Both the position numbers and the translations under genes were made by a program. Under the pieces are notes generated by a model. The model searched no databases. It saw only the letters and a program-made list of their open reading frames with translations, and was not told the origin of the DNA. Source: an uncultured Spirochaetaceae bacterium (lineage in GTDB: Bacteria > Spirochaetota > Spirochaetia > SZUA-6 > Bin103). Taken from it: 53,175 nucleotides of DNA. The DNA is taken from contig CAZTZA010000001.1 in assembly GCA_964618015.1 (NCBI GenBank), positions 1 to 53,175 on the forward strand, given 5' to 3'. Positions 27,835 to 35,752 of the stretch are shown piece by piece. Position 1 is the stretch's first letter; each line of letters begins with the position of its first letter.

Positions 27835-28853
27835 CCGTATAGCCCCTCGTACAATTCTTCGGGAGACGGATAAGAACTTTCTGACGAAAATATTAGAGAC
27901 TTTTCTACTTTGTCTTGTTCCATCTCTACCAATCGCTCATATTCCAATTCGGTAATTGCTTCTCTTTCGAGCAAAGAAGAACGTGTCGATTCAATTGGGC
28001 AACGCTTGCGCCAGTATTCAACGTCCTTTTTCTTTCGGAATCCGACGTCGAGATCTTCAGTAGGACCAACATGCGCTAACCAACGATAGGTCATGCACTC
28101 TAATAGCGCTGGACCTTCTCCTCCCCGCATAGCCTCAACTAGACGTTGGCTTTCTCGGTAAACTTGACCGACGTTGTTGCCGTCAACTCGTATCGCAGGA
28201 ATCTGGAAACCCTTAACAGTGTTACTGATAGTAACGTTGGCCAAGCGTTTATCAACTGGCATATGCGTTGAGAATAGGTTGTTTTCACAAACGAATAGAA
28301 TTGGCAGTTTATATAGGGCAGCGAGGTTGATACTTTCGTAAAAGACCCCCTCATCCGTCGCACCATCGCCGAAGAACGCAACTGACACCTGTTTGCTGCG
28401 GCGAAGCCGTGCGGATAGGGCAGCGCCAACGGCTACGGGAATGGTGCCTGCTACAATCGGGACACTAGCCAAATAACCGACGGAAGAGTCTACCAAATGC
28501 ATAGAGCCACCTCGGCCACGCGAGCAGCCAGTACGTTTTCCAAACAACTCGGCCATGAGTCGATTTAGGTCTCCGCCTTTGGCGATGTAATGGCCATGGC
28601 TGCGGTGTGTGCTAAGCACAAAGTCGTCTGCGTGAAGAGCCATGCACACCGCGGTAGCAATTGCCTCTTGTCCCACATAGAGATGCACGGGACAGCGAAT
28701 CTCACCTGAAGATGTTAAATCAGCTACACGTTCTTCAAACAAACGAATGCGCAACATGACAGATAACATCGTACGCAAGAGCGTTACATCTAGTGTGTCG
28801 ATGTCTCTGCGATCGACGGCAGCTGCGTTATTCTGCAAGGTACCGTCAGACAT
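27831..28853 (-). CDS. ThDP-dependent 2-oxoacid dehydrogenase E1 component, alpha-subunit homologue
   Basis: 340 aa. It has HLYVGQEAIA, RSHGHYIAKG, GGSMH and the ThDP motif FFGDGATDEGVFYESINLAALYKLPILFVCENN. Confidence 0.85.
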   Translation of the reverse strand: MSDGTLQNNAAAVDRRDIDTLDVTLLRTMLSVMLRIRLFEERVADLTSSGEIRCPVHLYVGQEAIATAVCMALHADDFVLSTHRSHGHYIAKGGDLNRLMAELFGKRTGCSRGRGGSMHLVDSSVGYLASVPIVAGTIPVAVGAALSARLRRSKQVSVAFFGDGATDEGVFYESINLAALYKLPILFVCENNLFSTHMPVDKRLANVTISNTVKGFQIPAIRVDGNNVGQVYRESQRLVEAMRGGEGPALLECMTYRWLAHVGPTEDLDVGFRKKKDVEYWRKRCPIESTRSSLLEREAITELEYERLVEMEQDKVEKSLIFSSESSYPSPEELYEGLYG

Positions 28854-29856
28854 TATAGAGATCTGCTTTAAACATCTTTCTGTTTTCGGGCTGCCGGTAC
28901 CATTCTATAGTATCGTTAATTCCTTCTTCAAAAGTATGTTGAGGATGCCACTCCGTGAGCTCGCGAAGTAGTCTGCTGGATCCGCAAAGGCGTTGAACTT
29001 CGCTTTTCTCCGGGCGTAGCCGTCCTTGGCTGCTACGAATGACTGCCTGCGGTCGAATGCGCTCAATTAACAGACGAGCAAGCGCCTCTATCGAAACCTC
29101 TGTCTGGGTAGCTATATTAATCTCCCGTCCGTTAGTCGCCTCAGAGGCTGCAATTGCTAGGAATGCTTGAACTGTATCCAATACAAAATTGAAATCACGT
29201 GTAGCCCGCAGGTATCCCAGCTCAATCTCGTCCTTTCCTGAAAGAAGTTGGGTCATGATGGCCGGGATTATTGCTCGTGGTGACTGGCGTGGTCCAAACG
29301 TGTTAAACGGCCGTATAGTAACAGCCGGTAATGAAAAAGACCGTACAAACGATTCCGTTAACATGTCAGCCCCGATTTTAGAGGCGGAATACGGTGACTG
29401 ACCTTGACGAGGATGAGCCTCGTCGATCGGTACGTACTGCGCGCTTCCGTAGACCTCTGACGAAGATGTGACGAGAAGACGCTCTACGCCAACATCACGC
29501 GCTGCACTTAACACATTTAGTGTCCCTTTCACATTAGTGTCTACGTAGCTCTCAGGTGCAACATAGCTGTAAGGGATAGAAATAAGAGCCGCTAGGTGGA
29601 AAATGACGTCTATTCCCGTGGCTGCCCTACGTACTGCACCCGCGTCCCGCACATCCCCGGCGATTACGTCTAAGTCAGCAATGCGCTGGCTCGGGAGATG
29701 ATCCAGCCAACCCCAATGGTTGTTGGGGTCGTAAAACACAAATGCTCGCACTGAACATCCTGCGTCCTGCAGCGCCTCAACCAAATGTGATCCTATGAAG
29801 CCGCATGCACCGGTAACCAGAACTTTCTTTCCGCGTAGAATCATGACGGCTTTCAC
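28846..29856 (-). CDS. Extended-SDR NDP-sugar 4,6-dehydratase-like enzyme
   Basis: 336 aa. Motifs are VLVTGACGFIGSHL, SSSEVYG (S-E dyad as in 4,6-dehydratases) and YSASKIGAD. Alternative start at 29844. Confidence 0.75.
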   Translation of the reverse strand: MKAVMILRGKKVLVTGACGFIGSHLVEALQDAGCSVRAFVFYDPNNHWGWLDHLPSQRIADLDVIAGDVRDAGAVRRAATGIDVIFHLAALISIPYSYVAPESYVDTNVKGTLNVLSAARDVGVERLLVTSSSEVYGSAQYVPIDEAHPRQGQSPYSASKIGADMLTESFVRSFSLPAVTIRPFNTFGPRQSPRAIIPAIMTQLLSGKDEIELGYLRATRDFNFVLDTVQAFLAIAASEATNGREINIATQTEVSIEALARLLIERIRPQAVIRSSQGRLRPEKSEVQRLCGSSRLLRELTEWHPQHTFEEGINDTIEWYRQPENRKMFKADLYNV

Positions 29857-29971
29857 TCCGAGTGGTATATGAAAAACAGCGCTGACTGATATCGGACGTG
29901 CTCGCGATGAAAGAGCTTAAACGTCTCCCAAAGCCTGAACTTCGGAAATGAGAACTGACTAGAACTCAAGT

Positions 29972-29988
29972 CCTATCTTCAAGATAGG
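29972..29988. promoter_or_regulatory. Perfect 8+1+8 palindrome CCTATCTT-C-AAGATAGG between the export and sugar modules
   Basis: Read directly from the sequence. It lies in the 166-nt gap between the Wza-like stop (30023) and the dehydratase start (29856), and is preceded by the direct repeat AGAACTGACT AGAACTCAAG (29951-29970). Confidence 0.35.
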
Positions 29989-30022
29989 CGCGCAGGTTGA
30001 GCCATGTCAATGGTTCTTGCTG

Positions 30023-32152
30023 CTATGGGCTTATCCAGGCGTTGATGGTGTTAACACTGCTCGCGACGTTGTTGAATAGGCTTACAACCGGCGCAATGCG
30101 CCCAACGATTTCCAGGAGACCAAGGATGCGCTGACGTTCGACGATCAGGATATCACCGGTCTTTACAGCTGCATCTAATTTAGCCGTTGCCAGGCGCTTT
30201 CCTGTCCTATCTACAAAATGGACCAGGCCCAGGTCAGCTTCTCGAGTAGCTCCACCCGCTCTCAGAAGGTAGTCGCTTACAGTTAGGCCAAACTGGAAGG
30301 GAATCACTCCAGGACGGTTAACTTCACCTATTACTGTCACGAACACGTCGTCACTGGGGATCACAACCTGATCGCGTGGCTGCAAGGTGAGGTCACCGCT
30401 CAATCCATCCGATGCCCAAAGTGCATTTACATCAAGCTCAATTCGTTCGTCTGAGCGAAGGACGTAACTATTTTCAGCAAGAGAGTATGGTGTAGGTCCA
30501 CCTACAGCATGCAAAGCATCATAGGCTGTCATGCCGGGAAAATAGGGGAGCACGAGCCTAACAGACACTGGGGCAGTAATCCCGTTCTGGGATTGGGTAG
30601 TAGTTGAACCAGGCAACGCGATGGGTTCAGCGTTTCCTATGGGAGTACCAAAAACAGCCCCCTCGATCACAATGGCTGATCCAGAACCATAGTTCGAAAG
30701 CACACGAACGACAGCGTTATCGCGCAGTCCTACACGTTCGCTCTCTGAGAGGGTTACTGGTGTAGATACGTATTGGCCACTAGCATCGGGTTGCCGGAAC
30801 ATGATCCGTCTTCGATTTGCGTAAGGGCTAAGTCCACCCGCTTGGTTGACAAGGTCAGCCACGGTCGCACCTCGCAGGAGCTCATATTCTCCAGGAAGCT
30901 CCACAGCGCCCGTAATGGAGACGGTTACTCGGTCGATAGGGACAACTATGCTGTCATTCGCGCGCAGCGGAATATCAGGATTGGAACCATCCCAGACTGC
31001 AGCTGCATCGAATGATATGCGTTTTGTATCCGAACGAATAACAAAACTTGTTTCTGTCGCAGCATGTGGAGTAGGACCGCCGAGAACCGCCATAGCTTGG
31101 CGCAAGGATAGTCCAGTCGAGTAAGGTATAGTTTGCTGGATTGGTTTGGTCGGAATTGTGATCGGAGACCGGCCATCGTAAGGCTGTCCGTAAAAGGCTC
31201 CGGAGATCGTAATCGGTTCAGCATGGCGGTCGGTAGACGGAACGTTAACTGAGTCCTGATCTTTCAAGGTGACGTAACCAGTAAACTCAAACTTGACCGT
31301 TTGACGTCCAAATACGCCATGTGAGGAGTATCCGCTGATCTCAATATGATCTGCATCAGCGTCCGGCTGGAATCCTCCGGCCCATGCGACCAGTTCTGGC
31401 AGCTGTTCAGACGGCAGCAACTCGTATGAACCGGGATAACGTACACTACCTGAGATAGATACCGTAATTTCGGCTGTCGGCACGTACAGACGGTCACCTG
31501 GTCGCAGTAACGGATTGAATTGATCTTCGCCGGTCTCAAAGAAACGCGCCAGGTCAAGTTGGTGAGCCGATCCGTCAGTACGAACTAGTTCGATACGCCG
31601 GATGCTCCCGTGCTTGTCGGCGCCGTCAGCCAGCCGTACCACGTCATGGGCACGGTGCATCGCATGCACAATCATTGTTCCTGGCGAACGGACTGCTCCT
31701 CCGACAAAGACTTCAAATCGCGCTGGGGCAGTCAACTCAAATTCCACATAGTCTGCTGGGATACGATTACGAAAACTTGTGAGAATGGAATTTCTGAGCG
31801 ATGAATATTCTTTTCCCGTTGCATCCAGTGTCCCAAGAAATGGAATCTCAAGGGTTCCATCATTCTGGATGGTCAGTTCGTATTTCATTGTATCGTCGAT
31901 AGAGACGACTAAGCTGTAACGATCGCCTGGTGTGACGATGTACCGTTGCGAGCTCAGTAGTGTTGCTAGTAGATCTCGGTCGGTTAACGGCAATGACTGG
32001 CTCGGAATGCGTTGGCCAAACGCAACTACATCATCTTGGATGCTGAGGTCGATCTGTGCAGTGTTTCGTTCCTGGGCGATCATCTGGCCTGGTATCACCA
32101 GAAACAGCAGTAAGGCTCCGAGAATCAAGGGGGAATTGAGCGCTCTTTTCAT
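30023..32152 (-). CDS. Polysaccharide export protein, Wza-like with multiple SLBB repeats
   Basis: 709 aa. It has a signal-peptide-like N-terminus MKRALNSPLILGALLLFLVIPGQMIAQ with no lipobox Cys, and a Poly_export-like YIVTPGDRYSLVV. V.V.G.V..PG.Y.L beta-grasp units recur (VFVGGAVRSPG, VSISGSVRYPG, VSITGAVELPG, VTVIGEVNRPG). The C-terminus is hydrophobic. Confidence 0.75.
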   Translation of the reverse strand: MKRALNSPLILGALLLFLVIPGQMIAQERNTAQIDLSIQDDVVAFGQRIPSQSLPLTDRDLLATLLSSQRYIVTPGDRYSLVVSIDDTMKYELTIQNDGTLEIPFLGTLDATGKEYSSLRNSILTSFRNRIPADYVEFELTAPARFEVFVGGAVRSPGTMIVHAMHRAHDVVRLADGADKHGSIRRIELVRTDGSAHQLDLARFFETGEDQFNPLLRPGDRLYVPTAEITVSISGSVRYPGSYELLPSEQLPELVAWAGGFQPDADADHIEISGYSSHGVFGRQTVKFEFTGYVTLKDQDSVNVPSTDRHAEPITISGAFYGQPYDGRSPITIPTKPIQQTIPYSTGLSLRQAMAVLGGPTPHAATETSFVIRSDTKRISFDAAAVWDGSNPDIPLRANDSIVVPIDRVTVSITGAVELPGEYELLRGATVADLVNQAGGLSPYANRRRIMFRQPDASGQYVSTPVTLSESERVGLRDNAVVRVLSNYGSGSAIVIEGAVFGTPIGNAEPIALPGSTTTQSQNGITAPVSVRLVLPYFPGMTAYDALHAVGGPTPYSLAENSYVLRSDERIELDVNALWASDGLSGDLTLQPRDQVVIPSDDVFVTVIGEVNRPGVIPFQFGLTVSDYLLRAGGATREADLGLVHFVDRTGKRLATAKLDAAVKTGDILIVERQRILGLLEIVGRIAPVVSLFNNVASSVNTINAWISP

Positions 32153-33435
32153 TTTCGTCGACCTATCTCCGAAAAAATGGCTTCGAACTGTTTCCGTTTC
32201 ACTGGATCTGATCCTGCTCTCTTCAAATACTCGAGTATGAAAGCCATAAGCATCGCCGCAATGAATGCGACCAGGGTCGCAGTGATGCAGATTCGGAACC
32301 TGCTGGGCGCAGTCTTCATATAAGGTACCTCCGCCGGATCGACAACCTGGAACGATGCTGCCTGTGAGCTCTCTTCAATGCGCGTGCTTTCATACTCCGA
32401 CCGAAGAAGTGCGTAGATCCTGTCGTGAACTGTTAATTCGGTATGCAGATCAAGGTGACGTACCAGAAGTTCTGGAAGTTCGTACAGAGGTATCGCGGAT
32501 TCGGAAAACTCAACAAACCCGGTCTTGAACTCCCAGATAAGCATACGCAACTTTTCGATCTCGTTGCGAAGACGAACTACACGTGGGTGATTCTCTCCGG
32601 TATAGTCGATTTCAGAGAGGAGCTGGATTTCCTTTTGGTACAAATCGGTCTTAAGCGCAGCTAGTTCTCTCAGTGTCTGCTCAGATTGTACCTCAAGGTT
32701 GAACACGCCGTGTTGGCGCTGGAACGAGATCAGTGTCTCTTGAGCATGGCTTCGATCCAGTCCCACCGCGGACAGACGTTCTTCCAAGAATGCTTTCTTT
32801 CTTAGTACTTTTTCCATCTGCAGGGCATGCACCTTTTTCCGAAGTAACTCGACGACGAAGGCAACTCCCGTGGCGGCGTCCTCTGGAAAAAAATGCTGGT
32901 AGGAAATTGAGAGTACGTTGGAGGCAATGGAAAACTCCGTGGTGAGGTTTCCGTGAAGACGGCTCCGAGCGTCAAGCACTTCCCCTGGGTCAGATACGCC
33001 TCGAGTTGTAAATCCCTGCTGCACTGCTAGTTCGTCTAGTACAGCGCGACTGTGCAGAAGAACCTGAGCCAACGCAGCATTTGAGCTAGCTTGACCACCC
33101 AACGCGCCAGCAAGAACCGAAAGGCTCCCGGAACTTTCTATCGCGTTAAAAAGACTCGTGGCGGCGGCTGACCCTCTCGCATCATTTTGGTTGCTGACCA
33201 ACACCTTGACGGTGGCACGATAACGGTTGGGGAATAGGTTCCAAGACGATTCGGGGTTGATCGACATCGCAACGATGTTGGCTCCCACCACGACAACGGC
33301 AGTAATAACGGTTACCCAAAAAATAAGCCAACGGCGACGAACTATAACCTCAAGAAGATCTATTAAGGTAACAGCTCGTTCCTCCTCGACCGGAGGGACC
33401 GAGGCGGCAGATGGGGGACTCTGCGGCTCGCTCAT
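32149..33435 (-). CDS. wzz: Polysaccharide co-polymerase / chain-length determinant (Wzz/GumC-like, no kinase domain)
   Basis: 428 aa. It has an N-terminal TM (WLIFWVTVITAVVVVGANIVAM), a long coiled-coil-like central region and a C-terminal TM (ICITATLVAFIAAMLMAFILEYL). There is no Walker A or Tyr-rich tail. It forms an ATGA overlap with the Wza-like start. Confidence 0.75.
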   Translation of the reverse strand: MSEPQSPPSAASVPPVEEERAVTLIDLLEVIVRRRWLIFWVTVITAVVVVGANIVAMSINPESSWNLFPNRYRATVKVLVSNQNDARGSAAATSLFNAIESSGSLSVLAGALGGQASSNAALAQVLLHSRAVLDELAVQQGFTTRGVSDPGEVLDARSRLHGNLTTEFSIASNVLSISYQHFFPEDAATGVAFVVELLRKKVHALQMEKVLRKKAFLEERLSAVGLDRSHAQETLISFQRQHGVFNLEVQSEQTLRELAALKTDLYQKEIQLLSEIDYTGENHPRVVRLRNEIEKLRMLIWEFKTGFVEFSESAIPLYELPELLVRHLDLHTELTVHDRIYALLRSEYESTRIEESSQAASFQVVDPAEVPYMKTAPSRFRICITATLVAFIAAMLMAFILEYLKRAGSDPVKRKQFEAIFSEIGRRK

Positions 33436-33574
33436 CGATTTCCTTTCCTATAGTCGGGATATTAGGCGCCGGACTTGATTCAGATTAGGTTTTCGAAGGT
33501 AAGGTTTTTCTGGGGGACTAGAAGCTATTGTCGGAATCGAAAGTTTTTATGCCGGAGTTACTCGGGTAAGAACG

Positions 33575-34522
33575 CTACAAAAAACCTGAACTTGCCAAGC
33601 GGGCCTCAGCTGATCGGATTTTTTCTTCAGTACCTAGGTCGGTCCAGTAGCCTTCAGATATCACGGCGACCATACGTCCATCAGCCGCTATCCGCTCATA
33701 AACAGATTCGTACTTTACCACACCCTCGTGCTCACCATATTCGAGTTCTCCTCTCTCGAGTGACTGGGAGGTGCATATTATCTTGTCATTTAGGTACTGC
33801 CCGAAAAGCTGGTACGGGTTGGGGATGATCGAGAAACCCGAGTTAATCGGTGTCCACCGTTGTCCGTCGCGTTCTATGAAGGGATTGTTTTCCTTAGGTG
33901 CTTTTTCGTGGAAACCGCGTACTATACCGGTGTCTGGTTCGATATCCAGCGCACCATAGTGAGAGGATTTCTCCCACGGTACCAACGCAGCCACGTCAAT
34001 TACGCTGTCAGCCGCGTCAATACCACACGCGGCTGCTTTTAATACCCCGCGGTGATAGTAGTCATATAAATTCCCTTCCAGCAGATTATCGGCGTTTGCG
34101 TAGACGATCGGTTGCTCAGGTAGTCGGCCATCACTGTGGAGTTTCACTATGGGAGCGATTGTTCCAGCTGGACGTGACTCGACAAGCAACTCAACAGGTA
34201 TTCCTTGGTACGATCCATAGTGTGCAGCTTGGAAATGGTGCTCTAGTAGGTTGCCACCTTCGCCGGCCGCTAATATTAGGCCATTCACACGTCCACAAGC
34301 TGCGTGAATGTCGAGATGCCATTCAATCATCGGTTTAACGACCCCAGATATCTTGGACCGCATTGACGCAAGAGCTTTCGGGCCGACAGTACCCCATGCT
34401 GATTCCGGCAAATGCGGGTGAGTTGCCTGCTGCAATCGCTTGCGCTCTGATGCGAGACGAGTGCCTTTGCCCCCGGCCAACGCAATCGATAAAAGTGTCT
34501 CTGCTATCTCAACAGAAGCCAT
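33575..34522 (-). CDS. Atypical nucleotidyltransferase-fold protein (NTP_transferase-like)
   Basis: 315 aa. LAGGKGTRL is followed by an unusually long insert before GPKAL/KPM, then ANADNL and a C-terminal EGYWTDLGT motif typical of sugar-phosphate nucleotidyltransferases. Confidence 0.65.
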   Translation of the reverse strand: MASVEIAETLLSIALAGGKGTRLASERKRLQQATHPHLPESAWGTVGPKALASMRSKISGVVKPMIEWHLDIHAACGRVNGLILAAGEGGNLLEHHFQAAHYGSYQGIPVELLVESRPAGTIAPIVKLHSDGRLPEQPIVYANADNLLEGNLYDYYHRGVLKAAACGIDAADSVIDVAALVPWEKSSHYGALDIEPDTGIVRGFHEKAPKENNPFIERDGQRWTPINSGFSIIPNPYQLFGQYLNDKIICTSQSLERGELEYGEHEGVVKYESVYERIAADGRMVAVISEGYWTDLGTEEKIRSAEARLASSGFL

Positions 34523-34528
34523 TTTCTT

Positions 34529-35746
34529 CTACGTTCCTGAGGAAATCGATATCGGTTCGTCACGGGGCTGATCAGATAGAGGCCGGCAACCCTCATTCTC
34601 GATCACAAAAGAGCGTTCGATATGTACTGAATTCGTTTCTGAAGACCAAATCGCTGATTCAAGATTAATCACCATCCCAATTTCTAATGGTAAGTCAGCC
34701 GGTCGGCTGACGAAGTCGTCTCGTATGAGCAGGCCGCTATCAGGGACAAGAATAGGGTATTCACGTACTTCAAGACCGATGCCATGACCGTGGGGGAACC
34801 CTTTCAGGCCAGTTGAGATCAGCACTTCGTTCATTGCTATCGCTGCTGCTGAGGCCGGTCGACCTGGCGATAGGTGCTCCGCTCCAGTGAGTAACGCATT
34901 TTGCAGGGCTGCTTGTCGGCGCAGGCATTCTTCATCAGGGGGGCCAAAAGCGATAGTGTGGCCAGTATCAGAGAACCAAGATCGCAATCGACAGCCGTGG
35001 TCAAAGTACATCGATCCCGATTCCGGCAGGCGAAAGTCGTTGTGGGTAGCCTGTCCAAAGCCGGTGGGGCTACCAGAGAAGTGGTCGAGTTCAGCACCGT
35101 GCTCAGCCAGTTTAAAGCGGTACAAGTCAGAAAGTTCTCTCCAGCTTGAACCGACGCTTGCTATTGATAGAGTTTCGGTGGCGGCATACTCGGCCGCTTC
35201 AGCGGCGCTCTGTAACAGATCAATCTGTTCTGACGTCTTTACCATGCGTCCGAGGCGGAGCAAATCAGAACAATCGCCGACGTTATAGTTTCCAGCAGTT
35301 AGCGTTTCCCAGGCACCAGGAGTTAAGCTTTCCTGCTCGACCCCCACGCGAACCGTGGTCCCGGTTCTATCTAACACAGCGTCTAGCGCATCGGTTCGGG
35401 TCACATGCCGAATATGTGTTAAAGCATCCGCTATAGCCTCGAACCCGGTTGGTACAATATGTGGAGCGCCCTCGCTTAATCCCCATAGGACAATATGATC
35501 AGCACTACTGCTAGCGGCATTAGCTGCCATATCAGCGCTGACCAATAGAGTCACCTCACCTTCGATAGTAAGAACGACTAACGCCTGTTGCAGCTCAGAT
35601 GATGCTCCTGGCCGCATCATGTACTCTTTAAATACGGGATCAATCCAATTACGATATTCAGCTAGGTCTGCAAGTGATGCCGGCGAGGAACCAACAACTA
35701 TATCCACATCATATTCGCGCATAAAATCGATCGTTCGAGTTAACAT
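34529..35746 (-). CDS. M24-family metallohydrolase (creatinase/Xaa-Pro peptidase fold)
   Basis: 405 aa with a creatinase/prolidase-like N-domain plus a pita-bread domain. Putative metal ligands are present (FDHG, SDTGHT, HGHGIGLEVREYP, INLES, HIERS). Confidence 0.75.
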   Translation of the reverse strand: MLTRTIDFMREYDVDIVVGSSPASLADLAEYRNWIDPVFKEYMMRPGASSELQQALVVLTIEGEVTLLVSADMAANAASSSADHIVLWGLSEGAPHIVPTGFEAIADALTHIRHVTRTDALDAVLDRTGTTVRVGVEQESLTPGAWETLTAGNYNVGDCSDLLRLGRMVKTSEQIDLLQSAAEAAEYAATETLSIASVGSSWRELSDLYRFKLAEHGAELDHFSGSPTGFGQATHNDFRLPESGSMYFDHGCRLRSWFSDTGHTIAFGPPDEECLRRQAALQNALLTGAEHLSPGRPASAAAIAMNEVLISTGLKGFPHGHGIGLEVREYPILVPDSGLLIRDDFVSRPADLPLEIGMVINLESAIWSSETNSVHIERSFVIENEGCRPLSDQPRDEPISISSGT

Positions 35747-35752
35747 TACCTG

